From an uncultured Bacteroidales bacterium (GTDB lineage Bacteria; Bacteroidota; Bacteroidia; Bacteroidales; WCHB1-69), in assembly GCA_937901925.1 (NCBI GenBank), contig CALGTS010000058.1, positions 4,605 to 68,604 of the forward strand: DNA of 64,000 nucleotides, written 5' to 3'. The translations under genes and the position numbers were made by a program. A model generated the notes under the pieces. That model ran no database searches. It saw only the letters and a list, made by a program, of their open reading frames with translations, and was not told where the DNA came from. Positions 20,895 to 30,305 of this stretch are shown piece after piece; position 1 is the stretch's first letter; each line of letters starts with the position of its first letter.

Positions 20895-21060
20895 CGAAGC
20901 TACTCACAAAAAGTTTACGGCAGGTTTTCTGACTTGTTTCCGAGTGCGCCTTCCCATTGACAAACAACAGTGGCTTTGAGCACTCGATATAATGAAACTT
21001 ACAGCAGCGGGTACTGTACAGGAGTCTCACCTGTTTCCCTCTCACAACTCAACAGAGTTG
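20895..21060 (-). promoter_or_regulatory. Cobalamin (B12) riboswitch
   Basis: Minus strand reads GAGAGGGAAACAGGTGAGACTCCTGTACAGTACCCGCTGCTGTAAG ... AAAGCCACTGTTG ... GGGAAGGCGCACTCGG ... AAGTCAGAAAACCTGCCG. All hallmark blocks are present: AGGGAA, GGTG..A.TCC, CCCGC.GCTGTAA, the B12 box GCCACTG, GGGAAGGC and AGTCAG.A.ACCTGCC. Boundaries are approximate. Confidence 0.8.
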
Positions 21061-21076
21061 CTCACCGAAAACGCGG

Positions 21077-21084
21077 CAAAGATA
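21077..21084 (-). promoter_or_regulatory. -7 promoter box (TATCTTTG) for the riboswitch transcript
   Basis: Reverse complement of CAAAGATA matches TAnnTTTG, just upstream of the riboswitch 5' end. Confidence 0.45.
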
Positions 21085-21206
21085 GTTCTTTTTTCTTTTG
21101 ATTCCACTTTGCAACTCATTTTTTTTTCAAACAAAATCAAATTCACAGAAAAGTCAAAACATTGCTCGGAGGTGATAATTTTTTTTGTATTTTCGCCGCC
21201 GCTTAC

Positions 21207-21294
21207 GGAGAGATGGCCGAGTGGTCGAAGGCGCACGCCTGGAAAGTGTGTAGGCGCCGAAAGCGTCTCGAGGGTTCGAATCCCTCTCTCTCCG
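21207..21294 (+). tRNA. tRNA-Ser (GGA)
   Basis: GGAGAGA acceptor pairs with TCTCTCC. GGCCGAGTGGTCGAAGGC D-arm, anticodon loop CTGGAAA, long variable arm, T-arm GGGTTCGAATCCC. 88 nt. Confidence 0.9.
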
Positions 21295-21301
21295 CAAAAG
21301 A

Positions 21302-21342
21302 GTGTAAATCAAGAAGTTGCAAGATTTACACTTTTTTTTTTT
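21302..21342 (+). terminator. Terminator after tRNA-Ser
   Basis: GTGTAAATC...GATTTACAC hairpin followed by a T11 run. Confidence 0.7.
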
Positions 21343-21539
21343 ACACATACCAAAACTCTACATTGGCAAAAGGCAATCACAACATTAGGAGTCGTAGTTT
21401 TTTTGCGGGTTTTCTGCCAAATTTTTCTCTTCTACGAACGCTTTTCGCAGAAATAGTCAACAATAAAACTTGTTTCTTAATAAAATCGCCCTTACTTTCC
21501 CTATTAAAAAAAATCACCAACAATTACCCCAAAATATAA

Positions 21540-22511
21540 TTAGAATAATGCATCAACAAACTCTTCTACGGAAATGTTAAGCAGATATTTCTCAACTTCA
21601 ATACTTTTCAGCAAGTTAGAAACCGAATTTTTCTCGTGAGGTACATGAATGAGACAATTTTCCAACTCAGAAATATCTTTAAATGCGAAGAAATCACCAA
21701 AAATCTTCACTGCTTCAATCACACCTTTTTCTATCTGAAGATGCACCTCAAGATTTCCCCCTTTCGTTCTTACTACTTTAGAAAAATCGTAGCGCGGAGA
21801 GGTTCCAAAATTCCAATTCCAAGTGGAATATTTGTTATCTCTTAAAAGTTTGATTTGAGTAATTTCCTCAGGCGTAAAGGGTTGCAGATAGGAATTGGAA
21901 CGGGTTTGCAAAATATAATTCATCAATAAATCTGCAAATTGGTCAACCGATAAAGGTTTAGGAAGATGCGAACTGATATTGGTTACACGTTTTCTAACCG
22001 ATTTCACCGCTTTATCCACAAACTTCAACGGATTTACTTTTAAGGCTTCTGACAAATCTGTCATCTCCGTAGAAAAAAGAAGCGTTCCGTGATGCATAAC
22101 ACGCTTACCATGTTTACATTGTGCATTTCCAGAAAACTTCTGACCGTCAATCATCAAATCATTTCTACCCTCAAAACGTGCATCCACTCCTAAACTACGG
22201 AGCAGTTCCAAAATAGGTTGGGTAAAGGTTCTAAAATCACCTTGGCCTTGATTATCAATAAAGGTAAAATTCAGATTTCCGAAGTCATGGAAAACAGCAC
22301 CACCTCCCGTTAATCTTCGTACCACTTTGATATCTTTTTCATTAACATAATCAAGATTTATTTCTGCTAACGAATTTTGAAATCTTCCTACAATTACGGA
22401 AGGCTCGTTTTTCCACAACATAAAAACGTTATCTTCCAGATTTTTAAGCAAGAATTCTTCCACTGCCAAATTAAAATAGGCATCTGTACTGGAATTAAAA
22501 ATGCAACGCAT
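21540..22511 (-). CDS. lplA: Lipoate--protein ligase
   Basis: YFNLAVEEFLL and RRLTGGGAVFHDFGNLNFTF motifs, plus the C-terminal LplA accessory domain. 323 aa. Confidence 0.85.
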   Translation of the reverse strand: MRCIFNSSTDAYFNLAVEEFLLKNLEDNVFMLWKNEPSVIVGRFQNSLAEINLDYVNEKDIKVVRRLTGGGAVFHDFGNLNFTFIDNQGQGDFRTFTQPILELLRSLGVDARFEGRNDLMIDGQKFSGNAQCKHGKRVMHHGTLLFSTEMTDLSEALKVNPLKFVDKAVKSVRKRVTNISSHLPKPLSVDQFADLLMNYILQTRSNSYLQPFTPEEITQIKLLRDNKYSTWNWNFGTSPRYDFSKVVRTKGGNLEVHLQIEKGVIEAVKIFGDFFAFKDISELENCLIHVPHEKNSVSNLLKSIEVEKYLLNISVEEFVDALF

Positions 22512-22529
22512 AAGTAGTTTTTGAGGATT

Positions 22530-23414
22530 TTAGTTTTCGGTTTCAAAATTTCTCAAATCGATTCCCCAGAGCAGTTTTTCTCTAATAACTGAGTAGAAAT
22601 CGGATTTTAGGAAACGCGTAGTTTTGATAGTAAAGTTCTCCTTAGAGATTGTCAAGGTTATTGGATTTTCAAGTGTAATACGCTCTGAATCAACGGTAAG
22701 CAAAAATTTTTCATTTCGTGATAGTACCTCAATTTTCAGCACATCGTTATTACTAATTACGATAGGCCGTACGGCAAGCGAATGGGAGGAGATTGGGGTA
22801 ATCACATTTACCTGCGTTTGGGGATGAATAATGGGACCTCCGCAACTCAAAGAATATGCAGTAGATCCAGTTGGCGTTGCCACGATGAGTCCATCAGCCC
22901 AATAAGTATTTGCAGGCAAATCATTTACCCAAAGTTTTACGCCTGTAATAGAATTGACCTCTGTATTGTGGATTGAGATATCATTCAGGGCAAAAGTATG
23001 TTGCAATGGCAACTTCACATCGGCATCGATATGCAAAAGTGAACGCTCCTCAATAGTATAGCAACCTGTTTCTAACAATTTCCAATACTCTTCAAAATTT
23101 TTCTTAGTAATAGAAGTTAGGAAACCGATTCTTCCTGTATTTACTCCTACAAGAGGTATTCCAAGGTCCGCCAGAACATTAGCGGCATCAATAAAAGAAC
23201 CGTCACCGCCGAATGAAAGCATAAAATCGACGGGAGCGGCATCTTTTAGGTCTTGATATGTCGAAAACCACACAACCTCCTCATCAACAACTACCGATTT
23301 AAAGTACTCGTGTAGAAGAAGTTCATGATTTCCTTTTTTTACGAGTTTCAGAGCTTTACGCACAAACTCAAGGTTGTCATCATTGACATTGCGGCAATAG
23401 GCAGCAATTTTCAT
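22530..23414 (-). CDS. nadK: NAD kinase
   Basis: GGDGSF motif and later TPTGSTAYSLSCGGPI motif. 294 aa. Confidence 0.85.
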   Translation of the reverse strand: MKIAAYCRNVNDDNLEFVRKALKLVKKGNHELLLHEYFKSVVVDEEVVWFSTYQDLKDAAPVDFMLSFGGDGSFIDAANVLADLGIPLVGVNTGRIGFLTSITKKNFEEYWKLLETGCYTIEERSLLHIDADVKLPLQHTFALNDISIHNTEVNSITGVKLWVNDLPANTYWADGLIVATPTGSTAYSLSCGGPIIHPQTQVNVITPISSHSLAVRPIVISNNDVLKIEVLSRNEKFLLTVDSERITLENPITLTISKENFTIKTTRFLKSDFYSVIREKLLWGIDLRNFETEN

Positions 23415-23431
23415 AGTAGTAAATTAACCAA

Positions 23432-24502
23432 CTATAGATACTCTTTAGGTTCCATTTCGCCATTGATGACCAACATTGCATTGAAAGCCATTGCCTTCAT
23501 TTCATCTTCGCCTGGGAACACTTCAACAGGAGCAATCCAATCGATTCTTTCGCGAATTTTAGCCACAATTGGTTTTCCGTAAGCAATACCACCAGTAATC
23601 AAAATAGCATCCACCTTACCTTTCAAAACGGTAGCATTTTCTCCGATACTTTTAGCCACTTGGTATGCCATAGCGGTTTCGAGAAGGTCAGCTTTTTCAT
23701 CACCTGCGAGGGCACGTTTTTCGATTTCGTATGCATCATTTACACCAAAATAGCCTACAAAACCGCCTTTACCAACCACCATTTTCTTCACTTCTTCTTT
23801 AGTATATTCACCGCTGAAGCAGCAATTAATTACTTGATTCATAGGCAAAGTACCTGAACGTTCTGGTGAGAATGGACCTTCACCATCAAGAGCTTGGTTT
23901 ACATCGATAACCTGACCTTTTTGGTGAGCGCCAACGCTAACGCCACCGCCCATGTGTGCAACAATCAAATTCAAATCTTCATACTTCTTACCCACTTTCA
24001 TTGCGTATGTTCTTGCAATTGCTTTTTGGTTAAGAGCGTGGAAAATAGATTTTCTTTCAAAAAGTGGATGACCAGCGATACGGGCCACTTCTGGAAATTC
24101 ATCTACCACAACGGGGTCAGCAATAAAAGACTCTTTTAAGCCGATTGACTGTGCAATACTATCTGCAATTAATCCGCCTAAGTTACAAGCGTGCTCGCCA
24201 TTATAACCCATACGAAGATGCTCTTTCATCAACTCATTTACGCGATACACTCCTGATTGAATAGGTTTAATAAGCCCACCACGACCAATAACAAAATCTA
24301 CAGAACTGATATCGATACCATTTTCTTTTAACTCATTAAGAATTACATTTTTACGAAACTCATATTGCTCAGCAATTGATTTGAATGGTTCCAATTCCTC
24401 AGTAGAGTGTTTTAAATTTTTCACAAACACCTGATTATCATCTTCAAAAACTGCAATTTTTGTTGAAGTTGAACCTGGATTGATAGCAAGAATTTTTTTC
24501 AT
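23432..24502 (-). CDS. buk: Butyrate kinase
   Basis: MKKILAINPGSTSTKIAVFED, the acetate/butyrate kinase N-terminus, then butyrate-kinase-like sequence throughout. ORF-track start 24625 trimmed. A TATATTTG -7 box lies at 24547-24554 on the minus strand. Confidence 0.85.
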   Translation of the reverse strand: MKKILAINPGSTSTKIAVFEDDNQVFVKNLKHSTEELEPFKSIAEQYEFRKNVILNELKENGIDISSVDFVIGRGGLIKPIQSGVYRVNELMKEHLRMGYNGEHACNLGGLIADSIAQSIGLKESFIADPVVVDEFPEVARIAGHPLFERKSIFHALNQKAIARTYAMKVGKKYEDLNLIVAHMGGGVSVGAHQKGQVIDVNQALDGEGPFSPERSGTLPMNQVINCCFSGEYTKEEVKKMVVGKGGFVGYFGVNDAYEIEKRALAGDEKADLLETAMAYQVAKSIGENATVLKGKVDAILITGGIAYGKPIVAKIRERIDWIAPVEVFPGEDEMKAMAFNAMLVINGEMEPKEYL

Positions 24503-24658
24503 ATTTCTATTTTTAATGATTATAATTATCTCTTCAAAATTTTGCGCAAATATACACATTTTTATGATACAAAAGTTGTCTTTTTTCAAATTAAAAGAAA
24601 GATTCAACGAACGACATATTTTCATAATTTTGCAACCCTAAATAAATAAAAAGAGGAA

Positions 24659-25651
24659 ATGTCGCAAAAAATTCTCAAAAACATTCTTACTACACTACAA
24701 GAAGCTATAGTAAAAAGTGGAAAAACGGTATGGTTACTTTTCAAAGTTATGTTTCCTATAGCGATAATAATCAGATTTTTTCAACTTTTAGGTTGGATGC
24801 CATACGTTGGTGATATTTTGGCACCATTAATGCAGTTGATGGGGCTACCAGGAGAGATGGGCATTGTTTGGGCTACCTCAATGTTAGTGAACATTTACGG
24901 TGGAATTTTTGCGTATGTAACGCTTCTTCCAGATTTAGCGCAACCGATGACTATAGCACAAATCACGATTCTTTCCACCATAATCTTATTGGCACACACA
25001 TTTCCTGCAGAGCTCACCGTTGCCAATCGTTGCGGAGTGCGCTGGTGGTTTGCTTTCGCTATCCGTTTTTTCCCAGCTCTACTCTCAGGCATTCTGCTCA
25101 ACGCCATCTATCGTTGGGGAAATTTCCTTACGGAACCTGCAGAGGTAATCATCAACCTGCAGATGCAAAACAGCACTTGGGGACTTTGGATGTTTAGTCA
25201 ACTAAAAAGTTTTGCTCTTATCTTCTTAATTATCTTCTTGATGGTAATACTTCTAAAAATATTAGATAGGTTAAAAATTCTGGACTTTATCAACCGACTT
25301 CTCCATCCGCTGGTAAAATTTTTAGGAATCAGCCCCAATGCTATACCTTCGGTGGTAGTTGGCTTAACAATGGGGTTGGCATACGGTGGAGGGTTAATCA
25401 TTGCAGAAGCAGAAGAACGACAACTTACCCCCCACGATCTACTCTACTCTATCGTTTTACTCAGTTTGTGTCATAGTATCATCGAAGACACACTGCTGAT
25501 GTTCTCGTGCGGGGCGCACTACAGCGGCATCGTTATCTTCAGAATCCTTTTTGCCCTTGTTTTATGCCGAATTTTTATTCTGATTACCCAAAAAACAGGA
25601 ATCAAACCACTTGTGGTCTCAAAAAAAGAGAAAAATCTTTCCCAAAAGTAA
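24659..25651 (+). CDS. Nucleoside-recognition (Gate) domain membrane protein
   Basis: 330-aa polytopic membrane protein whose pattern resembles Gate/SpmA-SpmB-like proteins. A TAATTTTG -7 box lies at 24625-24632. Confidence 0.5.
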   Translation: MSQKILKNILTTLQEAIVKSGKTVWLLFKVMFPIAIIIRFFQLLGWMPYVGDILAPLMQLMGLPGEMGIVWATSMLVNIYGGIFAYVTLLPDLAQPMTIAQITILSTIILLAHTFPAELTVANRCGVRWWFAFAIRFFPALLSGILLNAIYRWGNFLTEPAEVIINLQMQNSTWGLWMFSQLKSFALIFLIIFLMVILLKILDRLKILDFINRLLHPLVKFLGISPNAIPSVVVGLTMGLAYGGGLIIAEAEERQLTPHDLLYSIVLLSLCHSIIEDTLLMFSCGAHYSGIVIFRILFALVLCRIFILITQKTGIKPLVVSKKEKNLSQK

Positions 25652-25703
25652 TCCTGCATATCATTTTTTGATGTAATTTTGCATTTTTATTAATTGCATT
25701 TCT

Positions 25704-26714
25704 ATGTATAGAAATATCGAAGAATTAAAATCACAACTATCTGAACCTAAAGAGATTACAATAATAACTCATTATAACCCTGATGGTGATGCCTTGGGTT
25801 CCTCTTTAGCATTACGTCATTATTTAACAGGAAAGGGTCACAAAGTAACTTGTATTGTCCCCAATAACTTTCCCAATTATTTAGAGTGGATGCCGGGCAG
25901 CGACTCGGTAATCATTGCTAATAAACACCTTAACACAGCGCACAAACACATTCTGAATTGCGACATACTATTTGCCGTAGATATGAATGGCGCACACCGC
26001 AGTGGCAAAGAGTTGGAAGAGGTTATTGATCAATCAACAGCCTATCGCATTCATATTGACCACCATATTAACCCAATGTTTTCTTGCAACTTCTGCTTTT
26101 CTGAAACGACAACCACCTCTACTTGCGAAATGGTTTATCGATTTATTAATGAGTACTTAGACGACATCCAATCGTTGTCAAAAGAAGCTGCAGAATGTAT
26201 CTATAGTGGCATTATCACCGATACAGGCTCACTAAGTTATTCGTGCAATCACACCATCACCTATCGTATTTTGGAGCATCTTATCTCTTTGGGAGTAAAT
26301 GGCGAAGCAATACATCGATTGATTTACGACAACTACTCCACCAGTCGCTTGCGCTTATTGGGCGTTGCGCTCAACAATCTTAAGATTATGGAAGAGTTAG
26401 AAACTTCCTATATGTATCTTTCTAAAAAAGAGCTACAAGAAAATGAATTTAAAGATGGTGATACAGAAGGATTTGTAAACTATGGTTTGTCGCTCCGATG
26501 CGTAAAATTCACCGCTTTTTTCACAGAAAAGGAGAATCGAATCCGAATATCATTCCGTTCTAAAGGCGACTTTGATGTTAACACTTTTGCATCTACCTAT
26601 TTTTCTGGTGGCGGACATAAAAACGCTGCGGCTTCATACCATTATGACACATTAGAAAACACCATCAAATACTTTGAAGAGGTTGTACGTAACCACCCAG
26701 AATTGAAAAAATAG
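25704..26714 (+). CDS. nrnA: DHH-family phosphoesterase (NrnA-like oligoribonuclease/pAp phosphatase)
   Basis: HYNPDGDALGS, DHH (IDHHIN) and DHHA1 GGGHKNAAA motifs. Confidence 0.8.
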   Translation: MYRNIEELKSQLSEPKEITIITHYNPDGDALGSSLALRHYLTGKGHKVTCIVPNNFPNYLEWMPGSDSVIIANKHLNTAHKHILNCDILFAVDMNGAHRSGKELEEVIDQSTAYRIHIDHHINPMFSCNFCFSETTTTSTCEMVYRFINEYLDDIQSLSKEAAECIYSGIITDTGSLSYSCNHTITYRILEHLISLGVNGEAIHRLIYDNYSTSRLRLLGVALNNLKIMEELETSYMYLSKKELQENEFKDGDTEGFVNYGLSLRCVKFTAFFTEKENRIRISFRSKGDFDVNTFASTYFSGGGHKNAAASYHYDTLENTIKYFEEVVRNHPELKK

Positions 26715-26721
26715 AAGGCGA

Positions 26722-27252
26722 ATGAAAAAAATCTTCTACTTATTTATTACCTTAACATTATTTTCGTGTGGACAGAAAGAGGATAGCACGGGCACCATTC
26801 TTACTAATACAGAACAGGAAACAGAAGAGGAAGATCCATTTGTAGAACTCAACTCTCGAGCCATACTTTTAGAAAACGAAGAGATAGACCTTTACATAAA
26901 ACGTCACGAATGGGAGATGAAGAAAACAGGTTCTGGATTACGTTATATGATACTGCACGAAGGAGATGGAGAAGTTCCCACAGAAGGTACGACAGTGGCC
27001 CTCAGCTACAAAACCTATCTTCTTACTGGAGAAGAGATTGACAACTCTGAAAAAAGTGGTCTCATCCAATTTACCGTTAACAAATCGGAAGCGATACCTG
27101 CGCTGCACGAAGTAGTTCAGTTGATGAAACTTGGCAGTAAAGCACGTATTGTCATTCCAGCACATTTGGCATACGGCGTTTCTGGCGATGGCAATAAAGT
27201 TGGCATTGCTCAAAGTTTGATGATGGAATTTGAAACAATTTCAGAAAAATAA
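26722..27252 (+). CDS. FKBP-type peptidyl-prolyl isomerase (lipoprotein)
   Basis: Lipobox LFSCG. C-terminal FKBP domain (GLRYMILHEGDG...IPAHLAYG). Confidence 0.8.
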   Translation: MKKIFYLFITLTLFSCGQKEDSTGTILTNTEQETEEEDPFVELNSRAILLENEEIDLYIKRHEWEMKKTGSGLRYMILHEGDGEVPTEGTTVALSYKTYLLTGEEIDNSEKSGLIQFTVNKSEAIPALHEVVQLMKLGSKARIVIPAHLAYGVSGDGNKVGIAQSLMMEFETISEK

Positions 27253-27281
27253 TCATTATAAAAATCATTAACTACAAAAAA

Positions 27282-28157
27282 ATGAAAAAATCAACTCTAC
27301 TTATGCCTATTATGGCAATTATGGTACTTCTTGCCTGCGGATTTACCTCTTGTAACTCAAAACACAAAGGGTTTAAAAAAGATGACACAGGCTTTTACTA
27401 TAAATTTCACATTAACAACGACACTGCCGCTATGCCTCAAATGGGCGATGTTGTTGAGATGACCTACACCATGCGCATTGGAGACTCTATACTCATTCCA
27501 ACAGGAATTTATAACGATAGAATTATTGAATCTATCTATGAAGGAGACATTTACGACGCTTTAAGAACGATGCACGTAGGCGATAGTGCTACATTTATTT
27601 TTGAAGCTGATACCTTCTTCCACTACTTCCAAATGCCTTGGAGTTTTGAAGAAAAAGACCTTTATGTTGATGTTAAATTAAACCAACTCATTCCTAACAT
27701 TGAGGTTGAAAAAATGATCGAACAACGTCAAATTCAAGACTCACTTATGCGCGAACAACGCCGCATAATGGAAGATTCGCTCATTCAAGGATATAAAGCC
27801 ATTAATAAGATTAAAACGGCCCCAACTGAATCAGGTTTAATTCTTACTTTCAACAAAAAGGGAACGGGAGAACCCGCAGCCATTGGGGATACTGTAGTTT
27901 TCTCTTACAAAATGTTCTCCATTGAAAAACAGTTATTAGCAGAAAATCCTATCAACAAACCCGATACCATTGAATTGTCTGATGATATTATTCAAGGTTT
28001 AAAAGAGACTTTAAGCGCTTCTAACAAAGGCTCACGTGTAACGGCATTACTTCCATCTAACATCGCATTCGGTGAATATGGAACTCCAATTATTCCTCCT
28101 TACACTCCTATTATCATGGAAATTGAAGTAGTTGATATATTCTTCAAACAAAAATAA
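27282..28157 (+). CDS. FKBP-type peptidyl-prolyl isomerase family lipoprotein
   Basis: Lipobox LLACG. Two FKBP-like segments (GDVVEMTY..., GDTVVFSYKM...LPSNIAFGEYG). Confidence 0.65.
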   Translation: MKKSTLLMPIMAIMVLLACGFTSCNSKHKGFKKDDTGFYYKFHINNDTAAMPQMGDVVEMTYTMRIGDSILIPTGIYNDRIIESIYEGDIYDALRTMHVGDSATFIFEADTFFHYFQMPWSFEEKDLYVDVKLNQLIPNIEVEKMIEQRQIQDSLMREQRRIMEDSLIQGYKAINKIKTAPTESGLILTFNKKGTGEPAAIGDTVVFSYKMFSIEKQLLAENPINKPDTIELSDDIIQGLKETLSASNKGSRVTALLPSNIAFGEYGTPIIPPYTPIIMEIEVVDIFFKQK

Positions 28158-28158
28158 G

Positions 28159-28956
28159 ATGGAAAAGATAGAAAAAAGAAGAGAGCATTACGAACTGCTA
28201 CTCTCGCAAGCACAAGCCCTAATTTCTGCCGACAATGATCTAATTTCTAATATGGCAAACTTAGCGGCATTACTGAAAGAGGAACTTAAACATCTTTGGA
28301 TAGGATTTTATCTTGTTAAAGGGGAAACACTCCACTTAGGCCCATTTCAAGGATCGATAGCCTGCACACGAATTAGCAAAGGGAAAGGCGTTTGTGGTAC
28401 CGCTTGGGAACGCAACGAAGTTGTAATTGTTCCCAATGTACACGATTTTCCAGGGCATATTGCTTGCAACAGTGCTTCACAATCAGAAATTGTAATTCCT
28501 ATTAGTGATAAACAGGGCGTTTTTGCTGTATTAGACATCGACAGCGAACAACTTAACACTTTTGATAACGTAGATGCAGAATATCTCCAACAGATGGTTG
28601 CTCTACTAAAACGAGAACCCGAATCTATTGATTACTTCCGTGAAGCCCCATTTGCTGTCACCGTTTGCAATCAAGATGCTATCATTCTTAATATGAATGA
28701 GAAATCAGTAAAAACCTTTGTCAAAGATGGGAAAAGCATTATCGGAAACTCCCTTTTCGACTGCCATCCGGAGCGTGCCGCTCAAATGTTGCGGGGTATG
28801 TTAGCAAGTCACAACACCAACGCTTACACCATTGAGAAAAATGGCATCAAGAAACTGATTTACCAAGCTCCATGGTTTAAAAAAGAAGAATTTGCAGGTT
28901 ACATTGAACTTTCGATGGAGATTCCCTTTGAGATGAAACATTTTGTCAGAAAATAG
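28159..28956 (+). CDS. GAF-domain protein (free Met-R-sulfoxide reductase-like) fused to a PAS-like C-terminal domain
   Basis: N-terminal ~160 aa resemble YebR/fRMsr GAF proteins (GFYLVKGETLHLGPFQGSIACTRISKGKGVCGTAW). C-terminal ~100 aa look PAS-like. ORF-track start 28132 trimmed to MEKIEKRR. Confidence 0.65.
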   Translation: MEKIEKRREHYELLLSQAQALISADNDLISNMANLAALLKEELKHLWIGFYLVKGETLHLGPFQGSIACTRISKGKGVCGTAWERNEVVIVPNVHDFPGHIACNSASQSEIVIPISDKQGVFAVLDIDSEQLNTFDNVDAEYLQQMVALLKREPESIDYFREAPFAVTVCNQDAIILNMNEKSVKTFVKDGKSIIGNSLFDCHPERAAQMLRGMLASHNTNAYTIEKNGIKKLIYQAPWFKKEEFAGYIELSMEIPFEMKHFVRK

Positions 28957-28972
28957 AAAACTTCTATAAAGA

Positions 28973-29003
28973 AAGCCGTTTACATAACGTGAACGGCTTT
29001 TTT
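28973..29003 (+). terminator. Terminator at the left edge of the CRISPR-Cas island
   Basis: AAGCCGTT...AACGGCTT hairpin followed by a T-run. It lies between convergent genes. Confidence 0.55.
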
Positions 29004-29048
29004 ATTAACAATCTCAAAATAGGATTCTACTTTACCAAGCGTTTCATC

Positions 29049-30212
29049 TCACTTCGCCAGTTTACGCATATCTTGAATTACCTGCACCAACTCTTTCTGC
29101 GAATTTATCATCTCCCCATCCACAAACTGAATATCCATATTCGCGGCGATACGTTTCAAATCCTCTTTGTGGTCTTTCTTAAGCGAAAAGATATAGCTGT
29201 AGCAGGAGATTCCCAGCATCATCTCACGAAGAGCGCACACCTTATAGACAATTTCGTTAAACATTCTTTTTCCTTGCACTCCTGATTTGCATTCAATCAC
29301 AAAGAGTTTGTTATTCTTGATGCACACCACATCCAACTCGTTATTGAGACTAACGCCTTCACGACCGATATGGGGACCTATTAGCGCTTCGTCGGGTTGC
29401 AGATTCTCAATCACTTGATAATAGACATACTCCTCGAACCAGCCGCCTGTCAGATACTCCAACTCAGGTTTTAGCAAAACGCCTTTCTTGATAGGAAAGA
29501 AACATATACTATCCAAAAAAGCAGAAAGATTCGGAATTGGTGGTTCTTTTTTATCTCCACCACGTTCCACATTTCCGATATCGATTCGTTTTTCATCGCG
29601 ATAGGAGTTTCGAAGGATCTCCAGCACATCATAATCAGCATTTGTCAATTGGCCGCTGGTAAAAATAGTGAGGAATCGTTCTGCATCCTTCCTTGAGCGG
29701 ATTGGTTCGAAATCCTTTAGATTTTTGATATCATGTTTCACGGAATGAATCCGCAGATATTCCGCCACCGACATCCGATATTTGACAAGAAAGAAATGGT
29801 CATCATCATCATAGATACTATCGTCGAACACTGACTTTACGATTACATTTTTCTCCACGTCGAGGTAGTAGTAGTCGGCGTGAAACTTCTCGAACACCTG
29901 TTGCACAGCGAGAGCCATATAGTGGGTTCCGCCGGCGAGGTTCACGCAGTAGCGGACGCCAGGAACGAGGCGTGCGCGCACAGTACGGCAAATCTTCTCG
30001 TAGGTAATCTCGTCCATATCGTGTTTCAGCACCACCTCATCAATTAGGTTCGATGGAACGTCAAATTGTTCTGCCAGGGCGTCCAGATCCTCCTCAGTAT
30101 CCTTCGCGGAGATAAAGAGCAATCTATCGCCAGATTCATACATCTCCTTAATAAAGAGATATGCGGGCACAGGATTATCTTCGGTAACAATATTTACAAT
30201 AGTTTTGGGCAT
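29049..30212 (-). CDS. Can2/Card1-like cOA effector #1: N-terminal CARF + C-terminal PD-(D/E)xK nuclease
   Basis: 387 aa. CARF-like Rossmann N-terminus (IVNIVTEDNPVPAYLF...VNLAGGTHYMALAV). LTGGWFEEYVYY, then ELDVVCIKNNKLFVIECKSG (D-x13-E-x-K). Confidence 0.7.
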   Translation of the reverse strand: MPKTIVNIVTEDNPVPAYLFIKEMYESGDRLLFISAKDTEEDLDALAEQFDVPSNLIDEVVLKHDMDEITYEKICRTVRARLVPGVRYCVNLAGGTHYMALAVQQVFEKFHADYYYLDVEKNVIVKSVFDDSIYDDDDHFFLVKYRMSVAEYLRIHSVKHDIKNLKDFEPIRSRKDAERFLTIFTSGQLTNADYDVLEILRNSYRDEKRIDIGNVERGGDKKEPPIPNLSAFLDSICFFPIKKGVLLKPELEYLTGGWFEEYVYYQVIENLQPDEALIGPHIGREGVSLNNELDVVCIKNNKLFVIECKSGVQGKRMFNEIVYKVCALREMMLGISCYSYIFSLKKDHKEDLKRIAANMDIQFVDGEMINSQKELVQVIQDMRKLAK

Positions 30213-30231
30213 AAGGAATTAATTGAGGTTG

Positions 30232-30239
30232 CAAAGGTA
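30232..30239 (-). promoter_or_regulatory. -7 promoter box (TACCTTTG) for Can2-like #1
   Basis: Reverse complement of CAAAGGTA, 20-27 nt upstream of ATG 30212. Suggests this gene is its own transcription unit. Confidence 0.4.
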
Positions 30240-30305
30240 TGAAAAAATCCTTTGAACAACAAGATTGAATACTCATTAAATTTTTATAGCTGCCCTATCC
30301 AGCCC

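Noticed and set aside
20992-21539. ORFs 20992..21456, 21042..21236, 21154..21348 and 21162..21539
   Set aside because: They overlap the cobalamin riboswitch and tRNA-Ser(GGA) with its terminator. The RNA features explain the sequence, and the peptides have no recognisable character.
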